This document shows positions 38,762-49,775 of a DNA stretch of 64,000 nucleotides, in pieces. A program made the position numbers and the translations under genes. Source of the stretch: Salinivirgaceae bacterium. Its GTDB lineage: Bacteria > Bacteroidota > Bacteroidia > Bacteroidales > SZUA-534. The stretch covers positions 9,366 to 73,365 of the forward strand of contig JAFYYJ010000117.1 in assembly GCA_017557605.1 (NCBI GenBank). The letters run 5' to 3'. Under the pieces are notes generated by a model. That model was not told the origin of the DNA, ran no database searches, and worked only from the letters and a program-made list of their open reading frames with translations. Numbering within the stretch: position 1 is the stretch's first letter; the number at the start of each line of letters is the position of its first letter.

Positions 38762-40075
38762 ATGAATAAGAATACTTCTATTAAATTCGTATCGGCGGCT
38801 GAGGCTGTCAAGGTTATAAAATCGGGCGACCATGTGCATTTGAGCGCCATAGGCAACGCGCCGCAAGTGCTGATTAAGGCCATGTGCGACCGCGGCCGCA
38901 GCGGCGAACTGAAAAATGTTCACATCCACCACTTCCACACCGAAGGCGACGCCCCTTATTCCGCACCCGAGTTTGAAGGAGTATTCCAACACGATGCATT
39001 TTTTGTAGGAGCCAATACGCGCAAGAACGTGCAATCAGGCTACGCCGATTACATTCCTGTCTTTCTTGGCGAGGCCGCAAGGCTCTATCGCGAAGGCTAT
39101 CTGCCATGCAACGTGGCAATGATTCAGGTCTGCCCCCCTGACGAGCACGGCTTTGTGTCGCTCGGCACATCGGTCGACGCCTGCCTTGCCGCAATGGAAG
39201 TTGCCGATTATGTGATAGCTGTTGTCAACAAGAACGCGCCGCGTGCCTTCGGACACGCCATGATACACATGAGCCGCATCAACATTTTTGTCGAGGACGA
39301 CTCCCCGCTTATTGAGAAATTTTACGAAGAACCAAGCGAGACCGACCTTGCCATTGGCCGCCATTGTGCCGAGCTGATTGATGACGGCGCCTGCCTGCAA
39401 TTGGGCATCGGCTCGTTGCCAAATGCAACGCTGGCTTGTCTAGGCAACCACAAAAACCTTGGTTTGCACACCGAGATGTTTGCCGACGGTGTTTTGAATC
39501 TGGTTGAGAAAGGAGTCATCAACGGCGCCAACAAAGCCCTCGACCGCGGTAAAATTGTATCGACATTCCTATTGGGGACCAACAAGGTATACAACTTTGT
39601 CAACAACAACCCGCAGGTTCTGATGCAGGATGTGGCCTACACCAACGACCCATTCATCATTGCTCAGCAACCAAAAATGACGGCTATCAACTCCGCCATT
39701 GAAATTGACCTTACCGGTCAGGTTTGCGCCGATTCGATAGGTACAAAACAATTCTCGGGCGCGGGCGGTCAGATTGACTTCATCTATGGTGCTTCGCGCG
39801 CCAAAGAGGGCAAGGCGATAATTGCAATGCCGTCAATTACAAAGAAAGGCGTGAGCAAGATTGTGCCGACACTGACACCCGGCGCAAGCGTGGTAACAAC
39901 ACGTTTCCACATTCACTGGTTTGTTACCGAATACGGAGCCGTCAACCTCTACGGCCGCACCATGCAGGAGCGCGCAAAGCTAATAACAAGCATCGCCCAC
40001 CCGAGTGTCCGCGAAGATTTGGACCGCGCTGCATTTGAGCGCTTTGGCCCGCATTATCATTACATAGGGAAATAA
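38762..40075 (+). CDS. acetyl-CoA hydrolase/transferase family protein (4-hydroxybutyrate / butyryl-CoA:acetate CoA-transferase-like)
   Basis: 437 aa counted from the ATG at 38762; the track ORF opens at a TTG at 38741. Family-typical segments are present (SAAEAVKVIKSGDHV, LQLGIGSLPNA, SGAGGQIDFIYGA, VTEYGAVNLYGRT). Confidence 0.85.
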   Translation: MNKNTSIKFVSAAEAVKVIKSGDHVHLSAIGNAPQVLIKAMCDRGRSGELKNVHIHHFHTEGDAPYSAPEFEGVFQHDAFFVGANTRKNVQSGYADYIPVFLGEAARLYREGYLPCNVAMIQVCPPDEHGFVSLGTSVDACLAAMEVADYVIAVVNKNAPRAFGHAMIHMSRINIFVEDDSPLIEKFYEEPSETDLAIGRHCAELIDDGACLQLGIGSLPNATLACLGNHKNLGLHTEMFADGVLNLVEKGVINGANKALDRGKIVSTFLLGTNKVYNFVNNNPQVLMQDVAYTNDPFIIAQQPKMTAINSAIEIDLTGQVCADSIGTKQFSGAGGQIDFIYGASRAKEGKAIIAMPSITKKGVSKIVPTLTPGASVVTTRFHIHWFVTEYGAVNLYGRTMQERAKLITSIAHPSVREDLDRAAFERFGPHYHYIGK

Positions 40076-40184
40076 TAGCCAAAAGGCACAAGGCATAAGA
40101 GTAAGGAGTAAAGAATAAGGTGTAAAGCTAAAACCTTTCACGCTCATTTACGTTTTAGTTATCGTTATCGTCAGCGTTATCGTC

Positions 40185-41615
40185 CTACTTAATCAGCGTC
40201 TTATAAATATTGTAACGCTCGATTATATCGCGGACAAAATTGTGCGTTTCGTCGCCGCGGCAATAGCCCGTGCGCACAAGTTCCGGATTGTAATACAGCT
40301 TGTCCGATTTGTGGCGCAGGAAAAAATCAACATTACCGTCGCCGTCCCAAACATCGGGATTGCCGCCATTGGCACGGGCCACACGACGCGCGTCGAGCAC
40401 ATGCCCCAGCCCGATATTGTATGACGCCAGGATGAATTTCACCCTCTCCTCCTCGTTGGCCACAGAGTCTTTGAGCTGCTTGTTGAGCCATTTTATAAAC
40501 TTCACTCCGGCTTTAATGTTGGCTTCGGCGCTTGCTGTGGTGTCGATACCAAAATGCTGCGCCGTTTCGGGCATCAGTTGCATCAGACCGAAAGCTCCGC
40601 ACCATGAGCGGGCGTTCTCGTTGAACCGCGACTCCTGATAGATAAGCGAGGCCAGCAGCCGCCAGTCCCAGTCAATCTGTTTGCTATATTTTTTAATAAT
40701 GTCGTCGTACTTCGATATTGAGCCGCCACGGAACGACTGATACGGACTTTGCGCGCGAGTGAGCGTCTTCGGGTCTTTGAAATATTTTTTGTAGAGTACC
40801 ATGTGAAAAGCCGAGTTCCGCATTCCCGCAATCCAATTGTTGGCGGCCTCAAGCAGCTGCGGATTGTCTTTGCTGACAGCCCACGCCATGTTTTGCGGGA
40901 ACGACACTGCCGTAGCAATATCCAGCACCGGATAATATGTCTGGTTTATCATGGCCACATCCTCGTCGGTAACGCAATAGTCAATCTCACCCTTCGCTAC
41001 CTGCTCAATAAGTTGCTCTGAATCAATATTTTCCACCTCGACAATATTGATAGTGTCACCTATTTCCGACTCAATATTGTGAAGTCTTTCGGCAAAAGCG
41101 GAATTCTTAACCACATGAATGGTCTTTCCGGCCATGTCAAGTGTCGATTTTATGTGCATTTCGCCCTTGTAGTTGCGGTTATTGCGCTGCCGTTGGCGCT
41201 CCGACAGTTGCACAAGCACTTGCCGGGTCTGCATAATTGGCATGGTGAAATTCATCTGTTTCTGACGGTCGGCTGTAACAGTCAGATTTATAGCGATAAT
41301 ATCAGTTTCGTGATTTGCCAATTCCTCAAAATCATTTTCCAGATTGTTCGACACTTTAACCTCAAGGTCTAAATTGAGCGAGTTGGCGAAATCGCGCAGC
41401 AACTCATACTGATAGCCCATAAGCGTGCCGCGATAGATGAAGTAGCTTATCGAGTTGTAATCGGTTGTCGCAATCAGTTTGCCGCGTTGGGTTATTTCAG
41501 GCAGGTCATGGCCTTCGATAGCAGCATTGGGAGTTTTGCTGCCGCACGCGCAGAATAGTAGTGCCGCGCTTATCAGAACTGATATTTTCCGTAGCAGTCT
41601 CATATCAATCTGCAA
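40185..41615 (-). CDS. lytic murein transglycosylase with N-terminal solute-binding-like domain (MltF-like)
   Basis: 476 aa with lipoprotein signal LFCACGS and an SBP_bac_3-like N-domain. The C-terminal SLT catalytic region reads LIYQESRFNENARSWCGAFGLMQLMPETA. Confidence 0.85.
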   Translation of the reverse strand: MQIDMRLLRKISVLISAALLFCACGSKTPNAAIEGHDLPEITQRGKLIATTDYNSISYFIYRGTLMGYQYELLRDFANSLNLDLEVKVSNNLENDFEELANHETDIIAINLTVTADRQKQMNFTMPIMQTRQVLVQLSERQRQRNNRNYKGEMHIKSTLDMAGKTIHVVKNSAFAERLHNIESEIGDTINIVEVENIDSEQLIEQVAKGEIDYCVTDEDVAMINQTYYPVLDIATAVSFPQNMAWAVSKDNPQLLEAANNWIAGMRNSAFHMVLYKKYFKDPKTLTRAQSPYQSFRGGSISKYDDIIKKYSKQIDWDWRLLASLIYQESRFNENARSWCGAFGLMQLMPETAQHFGIDTTASAEANIKAGVKFIKWLNKQLKDSVANEEERVKFILASYNIGLGHVLDARRVARANGGNPDVWDGDGNVDFFLRHKSDKLYYNPELVRTGYCRGDETHNFVRDIIERYNIYKTLIK

Positions 41616-41701
41616 AAAGCAGATAAATATAATAAAAAAATCCGGCTTTGCACAAACGGCTTGCCGGACTTTCTATAAGTTATGCGGAAAAACTTTGATT
41701 T

Positions 41702-42316
41702 TCAACACAATTCACCTTTTCCCTGTCTTATTATCTCAAATTCGTCGGTGGTGCAATCGACAACGGTTGAAGGCTGATTATCACCATATCCGCCGTCGAT
41801 GACCGCATCAACCACGTTGCCGTAGCGCTCGTGTATCAGTTCGGGGTCAGTAATATACTCCGTCACTTCGTCTTGGTCGTCATGCACCGACGACGACAGC
41901 AGCGGCCTTCCCAATTCCGACACAATAGCCCTGACTATATTGTTGTCTGGCAAGCGAATGCCTATGGTTTTGCGACGCGTTTTAAAGAGTTTGGGGATAT
42001 TGTTGTTAGCCTCAAAAATGAAAGTGAACGGCCCGGGCACATTGCGCTTCAACAACTTAAATGCCGGATTCGACATCGGTTTAGTATATTCCGACAATTG
42101 GCTCAAATCGTTGAAAATAAATGAGAAAAAGGCTTTATCCATATCCAAACCCTGAATCTGCGCCAACCGCGCCACCGCTTTCGGCTTGGTTATGTCGCAG
42201 CCGATGCCGTATATGGTGTCGGTGGGGTAAATGACAAGCCCTCCGTCATCAATAATCTGCGCTATCTTTTCGATTTCGCGCGGATTCGGGTTCTCGGGAT
42301 AAATCTTGATTAACAT
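41702..42316 (-). CDS. L-threonylcarbamoyladenylate synthase family protein (YrdC/TsaC/YciO domain)
   Basis: 204 aa with YrdC-domain motifs (GGLVIYPTDTIYGIGCD, KPMSNPAFKLLKRNVPGPFTFI, SSSVH). Confidence 0.8.
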   Translation of the reverse strand: MLIKIYPENPNPREIEKIAQIIDDGGLVIYPTDTIYGIGCDITKPKAVARLAQIQGLDMDKAFFSFIFNDLSQLSEYTKPMSNPAFKLLKRNVPGPFTFIFEANNNIPKLFKTRRKTIGIRLPDNNIVRAIVSELGRPLLSSSVHDDQDEVTEYITDPELIHERYGNVVDAVIDGGYGDNQPSTVVDCTTDEFEIIRQGKGELC

Positions 42317-42414
42317 CTGAATTTTAAAGTATAACGTGTAAAGAGTAAAGTTTTAAAGTGTTTTAAGTTTCATTAATCATTACTCTTTAATCATTTACCA
42401 TTACACACTAACAC

Positions 42415-43065
42415 CTAGTCTTTTTCACCGAAACAAAGGTCGCCGGCATCGCCCAATCCTGGAACTATATACGATTTGGCTGTCATTTCGCTGTCGATAG
42501 CGGCGGTCCAAATGGTAACAGGCTTGCCGTATGTGTTGCGCTGCAGATAGTCAAGTCCCTCAGTGCTTGCAATCACCGATACGATATGCGTGTGGACGGG
42601 CGTTCCTTTCTTCAACAACTCCTGGTACGACAGCACCATTGAAGCGCCGCTGGCCAGCATCGGGTCGACAAGGATGAGCGTTTTGCCTTCAATTGACGGT
42701 CCCGACACATTGCCGAAATTGATATGGAACGTGCCGTCTTTCTCATACTTGCGATAGGCCGAAATGAAAGCGTTTTCGGCATTGTCGAATACGTTCAAGA
42801 AGCCGTTGTGAATAGGCAGACCGGCCCGCAAAACACTTGCAATGACAGGCTGCGACACAAGTTTTGGCACTTGGGCCACCCCAAGAGGTGTGGCGACATC
42901 GGCAACTTCAAACTTCATCTGCTTGCTGATTTCGTATGCTATCATCTCTCCAATACGTTCCATGTTGCGACGGAAACGCATGCGGTCGCGCTGAATGCCG
43001 CTATCGCGCAGTTCGGCCATAAACTGATTCAGAATACTATTCTGTGCACCAAGATTGTTAACCAT
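42415..43065 (-). CDS. upp: uracil phosphoribosyltransferase
   Basis: 216 aa with PRPP-binding motif LILVDPMLASGASM and the C-terminal YIVPGLGDAGD motif typical of Upp. Confidence 0.9.
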   Translation of the reverse strand: MVNNLGAQNSILNQFMAELRDSGIQRDRMRFRRNMERIGEMIAYEISKQMKFEVADVATPLGVAQVPKLVSQPVIASVLRAGLPIHNGFLNVFDNAENAFISAYRKYEKDGTFHINFGNVSGPSIEGKTLILVDPMLASGASMVLSYQELLKKGTPVHTHIVSVIASTEGLDYLQRNTYGKPVTIWTAAIDSEMTAKSYIVPGLGDAGDLCFGEKD

Positions 43066-43185
43066 AATTTCAAGTTTTAAAACGATTTATAAAAATGCAT
43101 TTATTTGTTGAATTTCAAACCCAAATAAGTCAAAAAAAAAGAGCCGCATCTGCGACTCCTTTTTCTTATCAATCATTTGTGACAA

Positions 43186-45414
43186 TTACTCTTGCTTGTT
43201 GTCTTTATCCGGACGATTGCCATGGTGCGAATGGTGCGGACGGCCACCTTCGCGACGCTCACCACCCTCGCGGCGCTCTGGACGTTCGCGCTCAACATAG
43301 CCTTCCGGTTTCGGAATCAGCACTTTGTGCGACAGACGAAGTTTACCTGCCTTGTCAATCTCAAGCAGCTTGACCTCAATCTCGTCGCCCTCTTTCAGAC
43401 CGGCATCCTCAATCTTCTCAAGACGGCGCCATTCAATCTCTGAAATGTGCAGCAGGCCTTCCTTGCCCGGCAGAATCTCAACGAATACGCCGAACTGAAC
43501 TACTGATTTGATTTTGCCTTTGTAAATCTCGCCTACCTCAGGGACAGCAACAATTCCCTTGATGCGTGCGATTGCTGCATCGATAGAATCCTTGTTGGCT
43601 GCAACAACCTCAACTTTACCCTCGTTGTCAACCTCATCGATTGTAATGATAGTTCCGGTTGAAGCCTGGATTTCCTGAATAATCTTTCCACCAGGGCCGA
43701 TAACTGCTCCAATGCAATCTTTCGGAATCGACATTGTAACAATGCGCGGTGCGTGCGGTTTCAGGTCGGCGCGTGGCTCGGCGATTGTCTCCTGAATCTT
43801 GTCCAAGATATACATACGGCCCTCGTGAGCCTGTGCAAGTGCGTTTTCAAGAATCTCGTACGACAGACCGTCAACCTTGATATCCATCTGGCAAGCGGTC
43901 AAACCGTCGCGTGTACCAGTGGTCTTGAAGTCCATATCGCCAAGGTGGTCCTCATCGCCAAGAATGTCGGACAGAACAGCGTAGTTGGTACCCTTGTTCT
44001 CCGAAATCAGACCCATTGCAATACCCGAAACTGGTTTCTTAATCTTAACACCGGCATCCATAAGTGCCAGAGTACCAGCGCAAACTGTTGCCATTGACGA
44101 TGAACCGTTCGATTCAAGAATGTCAGAAACAACACGAACAACATACGGGTAGTCTGCCGGAACCATTTTCTTCAATGCGCGGCAGGCAAGGTTTCCGTGA
44201 CCAATCTCGCGGCGGCCTACACCACGTTGTGCTTTGGCCTCGCCAGTCGAGAACGGCGGGAAGTTATAGTGGAGAAGGAATCTGTCGCGGCCTTGGATAA
44301 GAGCCTCATCGACAATCTTCTCGTCGAGTTTTGTTCCCAGGGTAACGGTGCAGAGCGATTGGGTCTCACCGCGGGTAAAGATTGATGAACCGTGAGGTCC
44401 TGGCAGGTAACCAACCTCCGACCAAATCGGGCGGATTTCGTTGGTTTTGCGGCCATCGAGACGTTTGCCTTCGTCCAAAACGGCGCGGCGCATAGCCTCT
44501 TTCTCTACATCGTGATAGTAGCGGTCGATGAGAGCGCCTTTAATTTCAAGCTCTTCTTCGGTGAACTGTGCCTTGAACTCGTCGCGGATAGCGGTGAACA
44601 TTGCCTCACGGTGATGTTTGTCGGTGTCAGCGGCGGTTGCCTGAGCGTATGCCTTTGCGTAGCAGGCATCGTGAACTTGCTGACGAAGTTCCTCGTCGTT
44701 CTCCTCGTGGCAGTACTCGCGTTTAACGGTCTTGCCAGCGGCCTCCATCAGCTCAAGCTGAGCCTGGCACTGCGGTTTGATGGCCTCGTGAGCGGCTTTG
44801 ATGGCCTCGAGCATGTCGTGCTCGCTAACCTCGTTCATTTCGCCTTCAACCATCATTATGTTGTCGAGGGTTGCTGCTACAACCAACTCGATATCAGCGT
44901 TTTCTGCTTGTTCGAATGTCGGGTCGATAACAAATTCGCCATTGACGCGGGCCACGCGAACCTCTGAAATAGGTCCTTCGAACGGAATGTCAGAAACAGC
45001 CAGTGCGGCCGAAGCTGCAAGACCGGCGAAGTTATCGGGCATATCAATGCCGTCCGATGAGTAAAGTGTTACGTTTACAAATGTTTCAGCGTGATAATTC
45101 GATGGGAAGAGTGGGCGCAGTGCGCGGTCAATCAGTCGGGCAATCAGAATCTCATAGTCTGATGCTTTGCCCTCGCGGCGTGTGAATCCGCCGGGGAAAC
45201 GGCCGTTCGACGCAAATTTCTCTTTGTACTCGACTGTCAACGGCATAAAATCGGTGCCCGGAACAGCGTCTTGAGCCGAGCAGACGGTTGCCAACAGCAT
45301 TGTGCTGCCGCATTTAACCATAACCGCACCGTCGGCTTGCTTGGCCAACTTTCCGGTTTCAATTTCAATCACCCTGCCATCAGGAAGTGTGATTTCTTTC
45401 TTTACTATGTTCAT
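43186..45414 (-). CDS. pnp: polyribonucleotide nucleotidyltransferase (PNPase)
   Basis: 742 aa with two RNase PH domains, a KH domain ([16 protein letters not shown]) and an S1 domain ([32 protein letters not shown]), plus a basic R/E-rich tail. It lies downstream of rpsO, the classical arrangement. Confidence 0.97.
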   Translation of the reverse strand: MNIVKKEITLPDGRVIEIETGKLAKQADGAVMVKCGSTMLLATVCSAQDAVPGTDFMPLTVEYKEKFASNGRFPGGFTRREGKASDYEILIARLIDRALRPLFPSNYHAETFVNVTLYSSDGIDMPDNFAGLAASAALAVSDIPFEGPISEVRVARVNGEFVIDPTFEQAENADIELVVAATLDNIMMVEGEMNEVSEHDMLEAIKAAHEAIKPQCQAQLELMEAAGKTVKREYCHEENDEELRQQVHDACYAKAYAQATAADTDKHHREAMFTAIRDEFKAQFTEEELEIKGALIDRYYHDVEKEAMRRAVLDEGKRLDGRKTNEIRPIWSEVGYLPGPHGSSIFTRGETQSLCTVTLGTKLDEKIVDEALIQGRDRFLLHYNFPPFSTGEAKAQRGVGRREIGHGNLACRALKKMVPADYPYVVRVVSDILESNGSSSMATVCAGTLALMDAGVKIKKPVSGIAMGLISENKGTNYAVLSDILGDEDHLGDMDFKTTGTRDGLTACQMDIKVDGLSYEILENALAQAHEGRMYILDKIQETIAEPRADLKPHAPRIVTMSIPKDCIGAVIGPGGKIIQEIQASTGTIITIDEVDNEGKVEVVAANKDSIDAAIARIKGIVAVPEVGEIYKGKIKSVVQFGVFVEILPGKEGLLHISEIEWRRLEKIEDAGLKEGDEIEVKLLEIDKAGKLRLSHKVLIPKPEGYVERERPERREGGERREGGRPHHSHHGNRPDKDNKQE

Positions 45415-45523
45415 AATTCATCCATTTTGGTCCGCCGGATTCGTCTTTAGGCCGACAGACAATTTATACTGTGATTTGAAAAAAAATCGGATTAGGTGCG
45501 GCTGAACGCTGCAGAAACGATAA

Positions 45524-45551
45524 TAAACAAAAAAAGGCAACCGAAGTGCCT
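45524..45551 (-). terminator. rpsO terminator / attenuator hairpin ahead of the pnp leader
   Basis: The minus-strand reads aggca-cttcggt-tgcct followed by a T-run (seen as an A-run on the plus strand at 45526-45535). Confidence 0.55.
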
Positions 45552-45558
45552 CTTTTTG

Positions 45559-45828
45559 TTACTTCCTTAAGTTCAGTGCCTTAATAAGATTACGATATTT
45601 CTCAATGTCCTGTCTTTTCAGGTAAGCCAGCAAGTTGCGGCGTTTGCCGACCAACTGAAGGAGCGAGCGTTGTGTGCCTACATCCTTTTTGTTGTTTTTC
45701 ATGTGCTCTGTCAGATGATTGATTCTGTAGCTGAACAAAGCAACTTGACCTTCGATAGAACCTGTGTCTTTAGCTGACTTTCCGTAAGTTGAGAAAAACT
45801 CTTGTTTTTTTTCTGCTGTTAAATACAT
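45559..45828 (-). CDS. rpsO: 30S ribosomal protein S15
   Basis: The internal ATG at 45828 gives an 89-aa product, MYLTAEKKQEFFSTYGKSAKDTGSIEGQVALFSYRINHLTEHMKNNKKD...LLAYLKRQDIEKYRNLIKALNLRK. The 23-codon upstream extension in the track ORF is not S15-like. Confidence 0.95.
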   Translation of the reverse strand: MYLTAEKKQEFFSTYGKSAKDTGSIEGQVALFSYRINHLTEHMKNNKKDVGTQRSLLQLVGKRRNLLAYLKRQDIEKYRNLIKALNLRK

Positions 45829-46021
45829 GCTATTATTCTTAAAATCTGTTAATGTTTCCTTCAAATTTTGAACCGCAAATATCAGCATTTTTTTCAAAAT
45901 TCAAATAGATAAAAACATTTGTTGAACGCTTTTTTGTTTGATGACATTTTTTGTCCATTTTTATAGTCCGATTCATATAATATATATGTAACAAATCGGA
46001 TTAATATAAATCGATATTGAT

Positions 46022-46702
46022 ATGAAAAAAACTCTTTTTGCGTTACTCGCAATTACGATTTCCAGCTGTGTATCAGCGCAAAACAAGACATTCACAGCCA
46101 ACGGCGTTAGTTTTGAAATGGTTTATGTTGAAGGCGGCACATACGCCAAAGGCGACCCCGCCCAACCCGAGGATACCAAAGTGGGCAGTTTCCTAATAGC
46201 GCAAACCGAAGTTACCCAAACACTTTGGAAAGCTGTTATGGGAAAGAAATCGAACCCATTAAGCCGCGGCAAGAACTGCCCTGCCGACCAGGTAAGCTGG
46301 AACGATTGTCAGGAGTTTATCGCCAAACTGAACCAGATTACGGGTGCCAGTTTCCGTCTGCCTACTGAGGCCGAATGGGAGTATGCGGCTCGCGGCGGAA
46401 ACCTAACGCACAATTATAAACTGAGCGGCGGAACAGCCATGAGTAAAATTGGCTGGTACAACGGCAACTCGAATGGCGAACCACAGCCCGTAGCCACCAA
46501 AACCGCCAATGAATTAGGCATTTACGATATGAGCGGCAACCTTTGGGAATGGTGCTCCGACGAGTTTGCCAACGGCCAGCACGTGATGCGCGGCGGTTGC
46601 TGGAACAGCACCTCACAAGCCTGCTGGGTTTGGAACGCCACAAAGAGCGACGCCGCATACAAAAGCGACATCTGCGGATTCAGGCTGGCAATGGACAAAT
46701 AA
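46022..46702 (+). CDS. formylglycine-generating enzyme (FGE-sulfatase/SUMF1) domain lipoprotein
   Basis: 226 aa with lipoprotein signal LLAITISSCVSAQ. FGE-fold motifs are present (VTQTLWKAVMG, PADQVSWNDCQEFIAKLN, FRLPTEAEWEYAARGG, GIYDMSGNLWEWCSD, RGGCW, GFRLA). Confidence 0.85.
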   Translation: MKKTLFALLAITISSCVSAQNKTFTANGVSFEMVYVEGGTYAKGDPAQPEDTKVGSFLIAQTEVTQTLWKAVMGKKSNPLSRGKNCPADQVSWNDCQEFIAKLNQITGASFRLPTEAEWEYAARGGNLTHNYKLSGGTAMSKIGWYNGNSNGEPQPVATKTANELGIYDMSGNLWEWCSDEFANGQHVMRGGCWNSTSQACWVWNATKSDAAYKSDICGFRLAMDK

Positions 46703-46757
46703 GAGGTTGAATTATTATTGCACCACAACACATTTTATATACAACAAACGGAAATAT

Positions 46758-46765
46758 TACATTTG
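46758..46765 (+). promoter_or_regulatory. Bacteroides-type -7 promoter box (TACATTTG) upstream of the LRR protein gene
   Basis: Exact TAnnTTTG match 28 nt upstream of the ATG at 46793. Confidence 0.4.
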
Positions 46766-46792
46766 CCGCCTGTGATTTAAAAACGCTATAAT

Positions 46793-49714
46793 ATGAAACG
46801 CATTTTCACAATTCTATTTGCCGCAATGCTTACCGGACAGACGTGGGCAACCGATTATGATTTTAAAATTGACAACGTATGCTACAGCACTTGGTTTGGG
46901 GATGCATACGTCGAATGTGAGAATAGTTCCGACGACTATGCCAACAACTATTCCGGCCTGACAACTGTTACAATACCAGATACTATAGAGTACGATGGCG
47001 ACAAATATCCAGTTATAGGTATTTCCAGGAGCGCCTTTAAAAATTGCAGCAGCCTGACATCAATAACCCTACCCAATACTATTCATAATATTCGAGAATA
47101 TGCTTTCGAAGGCTGTAGTAGTTTGGAATCAGTTGTTATTCCGAGCTCAGTTACAAGTTTGGGTGAGAATGTATTTTGTAATTGCACCAGTCTGGCGTCT
47201 GTGACTTTGCCCGACACAATTACTTATATTTCCGCAGCTGCATTTGGTAATTGCAGCAGTCTGACATCCATTGAAATACCGAATACAGTTACGTTTATAG
47301 GCAACAGCGCATTTTCGGGAAGCGGATTGACTTCTATCGAAATACCGAAATCGGTTACGGAAATAGCAAGTTTTGCATTTAAAGAGTGCGATGGGTTGGA
47401 AACTATTACGATTCCGGCGACTGTTGAAAAAGTACAGTCCTGGGTGTTCCAAGGATGCGATAATTTGACAGTCAATTGCTGTGCAACTTCAATTCCAGCG
47501 GGTTGGAGTACTTATTGGAACGACTACAACATACCTTACAATTTAGGAAGTTGTGGAGAAGGAAGGACGTGGACTGTCAATCTTTCTGCCAACAACAGCT
47601 CGTACGGAAGCGTGAGCGGCGGCGGCACTTATGCCGATGGCTCAACCATTACAATCACAGCAACGCCAGCATCGGGTTACAAATTTGTAAAATGGAGCAA
47701 CGACTTGACAACTGCAACGGCAACCATAACCGTAACATCCGATTTGAATCTTGTGGCAGAATTTGCAGAAATATCGCTTCAATATGAAATCACAGGCAGT
47801 AATACGGTTCAGGTTGTACATTCAGAAGACTATAAAAATCTGACAGATGTTGTGATACCAGAAACAGTTGAAATTGAGGGAAAAACTTATTCTGTTGCTC
47901 AAATTGGTGATTCTGCATTTTATAATTGCAGTAAACTATCGTCACTGACTATACCAGAAACAGTTATAAGCATTGGTAGACATGCGTTTGCAAATTGCAG
48001 CAGTCTGACTTCGATAGCCATTCCTAATTCGGTTTGTGCTTACAGTTATGAAGGTTTATTCAAAGGGTGTTCATCGCTTCAGTCAATAACGTTGCCGTTT
48101 GTTTTCGGTCCGTTCGGAGAAATCTTTGGTTCGGAATATTACGAAGGCTGTATCGAAACAAAACAAGTCCGCTACGAAGGAAATATGAATGAAGAAGAAT
48201 ACACATCATATATACCATCATCGCTCAAGACGGTGACAATAAATGGTGGTGTTATTTGTAATGGCGAATTCCGCAACTGCAGAAATATAGAGTCAATCTT
48301 CATCTCCGGTACAACAACATCAATTGGATGGCATGCTTTTGCCAATTGCAGCAACTTGAAATCATTGACTATTTCCGAATCAGTCTCTTACATTGCCGAT
48401 GCTGCGTTCAACGATTGTGAGAGTATCGAGACTCTGAGTTACAACACTAACGCCGTCACTCAGCAATTTCGAGAAAAAAAAGCGCTTAAAACAATAAATA
48501 TTGGTGAATCGGTTACCAAAATCAGCAACTATGCATTTTTCCTTTGTTCTAATTTGACATCGGTAACTATTCCAAATTCAGTAGAATCCATTGGGGAATC
48601 TGCTTTCGACAATTGTTGCAACTTGAAAAATGTTTCCGTTCCAAGCTCTGTAAAAACAATCGGCGATGATGCATTTTGTCTTGTGGTCAACGTTATGTAT
48701 AGTGGAACAGCAAGCGGTAGTCCGTGGAAGGCTTGCAACATCAACGGAACAATTGACGGTGATTTTATCTATGCCGATAAAAAACTGACAAAACTTGTAG
48801 CATACATTGGTCAGGGAGGCGATGTTGTCATTCCTGAATCAGCAAAAAGCATTGGCGATTATGCATTCTCAAACACAGATATAACCTCGGTTATATTTCA
48901 CAACGGTGTTGATTCCATAGGATGGGGTGCGTTTAGTGGCTGTACGGGTCTAGCTTCTGTAGTTATTCCCGAAGGTGTTACTGGCATTGATTACTATGCA
49001 TTCGAAAATTGTACAAATCTGAAATCAATATCTATTCCTAATTCAGTAACATATGTCCCAGATGATGTGTTTGAAGGGTGCAATAGTCTTCAATACAACG
49101 AATATGGTAATGCTTTGTACTTAGGTAACGATAAAAATCCGTATTTATGGCTGACAACAGCAAAGTCAACAGATATAACGACTTGTACTATAAATGATAA
49201 TTGCCAACATGTTATGAATGAGGCATTTATGGGTTGTAAAAAACTCGAGTCTGTGAATATCCCGAATTCTGTGAAAACCATCGGTTGGTATGCATTTGAT
49301 GGATGCGACAAATTCACAACAGTAACCATACCCCAAACCGTTGAATTCGTCAGCAGCTATGCGTTCGGACATTGTGAAAACCTGACAGTGATTTATTGTG
49401 GTGCAAGTGAACGTCCTGATGACTGGGCTTACAACTGGTATTATTACGATTACGACGACAGCGACAAATACCAAATAGTATGGAGTGCTATAACCCCTAT
49501 CACCGAATCCGCCGCCAACACAGTGAACATCTATGCCTTCGGCAACAAAATTGTGGTTGAAAATGCCACGGATGAAATTCGTGTATATAATGCAATGGGC
49601 AAATTAATCTGCAGGGACGTGGCATGCCGCGTCTGCGCAGAAATAACCGTCAACGCCACAGGTGTTTACATTGTTAAAACCGGCAGCGCGGTGAAACGTG
49701 TTGTGGTGAATTAA
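46793..49714 (+). CDS. BspA-type leucine-rich repeat surface protein with T9SS C-terminal sorting domain
   Basis: 973 aa with signal peptide ILFAAMLTGQTWA. It has many LRR_5-like units (AF..CSSLTSI.IPN.V..IG..AF) and an Ig-like repeat (YGSVSGGGTYADGSTITITATPASGYKFVKWSN). The CTD reads VNIYAFGNKIVVENATDEIRVYNAMGKLI...GVYIVKTGSAVKRVVV. Confidence 0.85.
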   Translation: MKRIFTILFAAMLTGQTWATDYDFKIDNVCYSTWFGDAYVECENSSDDYANNYSGLTTVTIPDTIEYDGDKYPVIGISRSAFKNCSSLTSITLPNTIHNIREYAFEGCSSLESVVIPSSVTSLGENVFCNCTSLASVTLPDTITYISAAAFGNCSSLTSIEIPNTVTFIGNSAFSGSGLTSIEIPKSVTEIASFAFKECDGLETITIPATVEKVQSWVFQGCDNLTVNCCATSIPAGWSTYWNDYNIPYNLGSCGEGRTWTVNLSANNSSYGSVSGGGTYADGSTITITATPASGYKFVKWSNDLTTATATITVTSDLNLVAEFAEISLQYEITGSNTVQVVHSEDYKNLTDVVIPETVEIEGKTYSVAQIGDSAFYNCSKLSSLTIPETVISIGRHAFANCSSLTSIAIPNSVCAYSYEGLFKGCSSLQSITLPFVFGPFGEIFGSEYYEGCIETKQVRYEGNMNEEEYTSYIPSSLKTVTINGGVICNGEFRNCRNIESIFISGTTTSIGWHAFANCSNLKSLTISESVSYIADAAFNDCESIETLSYNTNAVTQQFREKKALKTINIGESVTKISNYAFFLCSNLTSVTIPNSVESIGESAFDNCCNLKNVSVPSSVKTIGDDAFCLVVNVMYSGTASGSPWKACNINGTIDGDFIYADKKLTKLVAYIGQGGDVVIPESAKSIGDYAFSNTDITSVIFHNGVDSIGWGAFSGCTGLASVVIPEGVTGIDYYAFENCTNLKSISIPNSVTYVPDDVFEGCNSLQYNEYGNALYLGNDKNPYLWLTTAKSTDITTCTINDNCQHVMNEAFMGCKKLESVNIPNSVKTIGWYAFDGCDKFTTVTIPQTVEFVSSYAFGHCENLTVIYCGASERPDDWAYNWYYYDYDDSDKYQIVWSAITPITESAANTVNIYAFGNKIVVENATDEIRVYNAMGKLICRDVACRVCAEITVNATGVYIVKTGSAVKRVVVN

Positions 49715-49740
49715 TGATTTGGTAAAATGTTGATTTTATG

Positions 49741-49775
49741 GTAGAGACGACGCACACATCGTCTCTACTTTTTTT
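49741..49775 (+). terminator. intrinsic terminator of the LRR gene
   Basis: Perfect 10-bp stem, gtagagacga (49741-49750) with tcgtctctac (49759-49768), followed by T7. Confidence 0.85.

Noticed and set aside
45415-45558. The pnp 5' leader could be an autoregulatory RNase III/PNPase hairpin, as in E. coli.
   Set aside because: Beyond the rpsO terminator hairpin, I could not identify a long stable stem by eye. The E. coli mechanism is not established for Bacteroidota, and a folding computation would be needed.
46576-46702. Possible diversity-generating retroelement target. The FGE/C-type-lectin-fold lipoprotein ends in RGGCWNSTSQACWVWNATKSDAAYKSDICGFRLA, a layout typical of DGR variable regions.
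   Set aside because: I found no reverse transcriptase gene, no Avd-like gene and no template repeat (a near-identical copy of the about 120-nt 3' end) anywhere in the window. The flanking genes are rpsO and an LRR protein. Without a TR/RT pair, the C-terminal sequence alone is not evidence.
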